A stretch of DNA of 64,000 nt from Salminus brasiliensis. Taxonomy: Eukaryota. Where the stretch lies: contig NC_132885.1 of the NCBI RefSeq assembly GCF_030463535.1, positions 19,665,786 through 19,729,785 of the forward strand, written 5' to 3'. Below, piece after piece: positions 61,341 through 64,000 of this stretch. Every line of letters starts with the position of its first letter. Position 1 is the first letter of the stretch. The notes beneath the pieces are model-generated. The model worked only from the letters and a program-made list of their open reading frames with translations, did no database searches and had not been told where the DNA came from. The position numbers were made by a program, and so were the translations under genes.

Positions 61341-62587
61341 CATATCAGAGAATCCAGTTCTGATGCTTTGCAGGCCAGTGAAGGCATGTAAAGCATATTC
61401 CCCCTCTACAGCTGATACTTACGTCTGCTCCAGAGCATCTAGAGCCTTCTGTTGGCAGGGCTCTTCTAAGGAGATGAAACTAACTGTGCTCTATTATCTA
61501 AAAGAAGCATTAAGATGTAGTTCTTATTATTCATGGGCGGTCAATCAATGCACTTCAACTGAATAGACCTTGGATTGTAAACATCACGCAATCAAGGGAA
61601 ATGCCCCAAAGGATCCAAGAGTCCAGGCTAGGACTCCAACAACAACAAAAGATGTCATTGCATCACCTAGTTGGATGCCACTGACTGTTGGCTAAGCTGT
61701 GCCACAGAAACACCTCAAGTCCTGTTTTCATCATTTTTATTGCCTCATTACTTTTACTTAATATCCATTCGTTAAGTCACCGAGAGTGGTTTTTGCCAGT
61801 GACGCTCCAGAGAGAGCATATCCTAAATCTTTCCCCCTCAAACAGCATCAGTCGTCGTTCTGAACGCCACCCCAGCACCAGCTCTTGCTCTGAGGCTCAC
61901 AAGGCTCTGTTTATGCCTCACACCTGCCCGTCATGCCACATTCCCACTCGTCATCTTTCTTCTTGGCAACGTGGCAGAGCACTGTGCTGCTCCATTAACT
62001 GAATTGTCCGCTCCGGTGTCATCCCCATCTATTGTTATTGCTTATTGACAGACATCTCTCTGCACCAAAGCCAGCCAGTTTGCCCTTGAGTGAGTTAGCA
62101 CATCTCAAGGGTGACATGGTATCACACCCTGAGTTTATGCTATCATAATTCACCACTCTGCACTAATGCCTGGAGTCTACACTCTTAAAAAAGCTCCCAC
62201 AGAGGAACTGTGTTTGAAAAGGAGATGTGGGGAAGTAGCCCACCAGCTAGCTAGAATTCCCTAGCTACTGGCAACATTCCCTAATCTACAAGCTTACACA
62301 TCTCATTAAGGCTACAAAAAAGGTTCCAGAGAAAACCATCCACTGAAAGGTTTTCAGGGAACCTAATAATTACCAAGCCACAAGCTTTGTGATATACTAT
62401 TTTTGCCATATTACCCACTCCTTGTGTAAGAGGCGGAAAAGACATGACTATTGATCTGCTTACGGTACCAGTTCCTGATCATCTCTGATGATCTTTCTTT
62501 CAGAATAACCTCTTCACATTTTCCCCTTGACCTTGTTTATTTAGTCTCCAACTTTGTACGTTTGTACAATGTGCTACTTGCAGTGAG

Positions 62588-62770
62588 GGGCAGTGGTGGC
62601 TCAGCGGTTAGAGCGCCGGGCTATCGATAACGAGTTCGATAATCGAGTTGTCTGCCCACCGCTCTGGGTGTGTGTGTACTCACTGGCCCTAGTTCACTAG
62701 TGTGTGTGTGTGTGTGTGTTCACTACCACAGATGGGTTAAATAATGTATTTACAAATATGTGCACCTTTA
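62588..62770 (+). mobile_element. Second copy of the same SINE with an internal deletion (head and tail conserved)
   Basis: Head and tail (gtgtgtgtactcactg.cctagttcactagtgtgtg...cactaccaca..gggttaaat) match the copy at 47290-47572. Confidence 0.7.
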
Positions 62771-63337
62771 CCTTTTTTTGCTCTCCAAAATCTGCTTTTA
62801 TCCTCAATCTCAAATATGCCTCAAATGCATGCTGTTTATTTGCCTATTCTTCTCAGGCTGGCAGTGTGCTTTCTTCAGTCTGACTCAAACATCATCAGAT
62901 GTTTCCAGGGGGGTGGGGGTGGGGGTGGGGGGTTCTGCACCACACTTATGGCACATTTGCAACAGGCCAGAGAGCTGCCACTAATTCACCCTCTGAGGGT
63001 GAGTGAGATAAATCAGAGGAGTGCTGCTGTAGAGCAGGAACAGACTGGCCTACTGGCAGCTCAAGGCCTCGACAACGGAGTGAATTAAATGAATAGCTTC
63101 ACACCTCAGCAGAATGTGAGCACATTTTTTGACAGGCACACTTGTGCCAAGGCTATGAATCGTAGGCAAAGAATCTGATAAATAGTTGGAGAACAACCTC
63201 AGATCTGCTCCTACTTTTAGTAGCTGTGGCTGAGTTATTTTTAAACGGTGATGTACAGCATAACCCATGTTGTGTTGAGTGAGTGAAACACACAACTAAC
63301 GTTAAACTAAATGATGTGAATAAATGAAAAAGAACAG

Positions 63338-63509
<172 letters not shown>

Positions 63510-64000
63510 CGGTGCGTAATTGTGAGACGCTCCCTTGCTTTACTAAGCGCCACTGGATGGGATGTTGGAGGACTGAGGGGAGGAGTACTTAGTTGTTGCA
63601 GTGACAACATCCTGGACATAAGAGGCTGGCGGTGCCCATGGCTACTGAAAAAGGGAGGTTTAAGCGCGTCTAGATTCAACAGGAGGATCTGAAGACACGG
63701 AGATGCTTTAAAAAATCACTTCTCGGCGTTTTGGCCAGGGGCTGCGATTTAACCCGCGGCACCGACGAGGTGATGCAGCTGCAGCGGCTAGACAGATGAT
63801 CGGTCTGCTCCTCTACTAGCTCAGATGCCTTTACAGAAAAAGGCGCAGCATTCAGATCAGGTCGGGTGGATTTCGCTATTAAAAGAGGATTTCTCGCTTT
63901 AGTTAGATAACGTCCAGCAGCTGCGATGCCAATAATTATACTGTATTAACCACGGAGGCTAGTCTGTACAGAGGTGGTAATCTTGCTATTTGGTAAAGGT

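Noticed and set aside
63690-64000. Motif cttctcggcgttttggcc resembling the 5' end of U2 snRNA (CUUCUCGGCCUUUUGGC), in a GC-rich region at the window edge
   Set aside because: Similarity ends after about 17 nt, with no branch-point-interaction or Sm-site sequence downstream. It is more likely part of a GC-rich promoter or 5' region of a gene beyond the window.

Overview
This is vertebrate (teleost-type) nuclear DNA, not prokaryotic. It is intron-rich, carries Tc1/mariner and tRNA-derived SINE debris, and has long microsatellites and minisatellites. I found six genes by reading splice sites by hand and checking frame continuity across every junction.

- **CALHM/FAM26-like trio (minus strand).** Three tandem paralogs, each with two coding exons, between about 2.8 kb and 17.1 kb. 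Each has the FxCPC and LLDGDxxVC motifs. The third has a 17-cysteine insertion in the TM2-TM3 loop.
- **PARP4 (plus strand).** A complete vault-PARP orthologue with 34 coding exons, 21898-40078, 5466 nt CDS, 1821 aa. It has BRCT, a PARP catalytic domain with an H-Y-E triad, VIT, vWA and a C-terminal region.
- **VTCN1/B7-H4 (plus strand).** Five coding exons, 43823-46586, 270 aa.
- **TRIM45 (plus strand).** Six coding exons, 48531-56115, 587 aa: RING, two B-boxes, coiled coil and a filamin repeat.

I see no single obviously novel system. The points worth a second look are:

- the poly-cysteine loop in one CALHM paralog;
- a 2.7-kb higher-order minisatellite fused to the stop codon of another;
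- a VTCN1 in which both Ig domains lack one canonical disulfide cysteine;
- a tandem exon/mini-intron duplication plus SFGSS repeat expansion in the PARP4 C-terminus;
- a dispersed element with an expandable satellite tail.

Limits: many ORF-track entries are repeat or antisense artifacts. The track's M often marks a non-ATG codon. Exon boundaries rest on homology I recall for the human proteins plus GT-AG and frame logic, not on transcript data.
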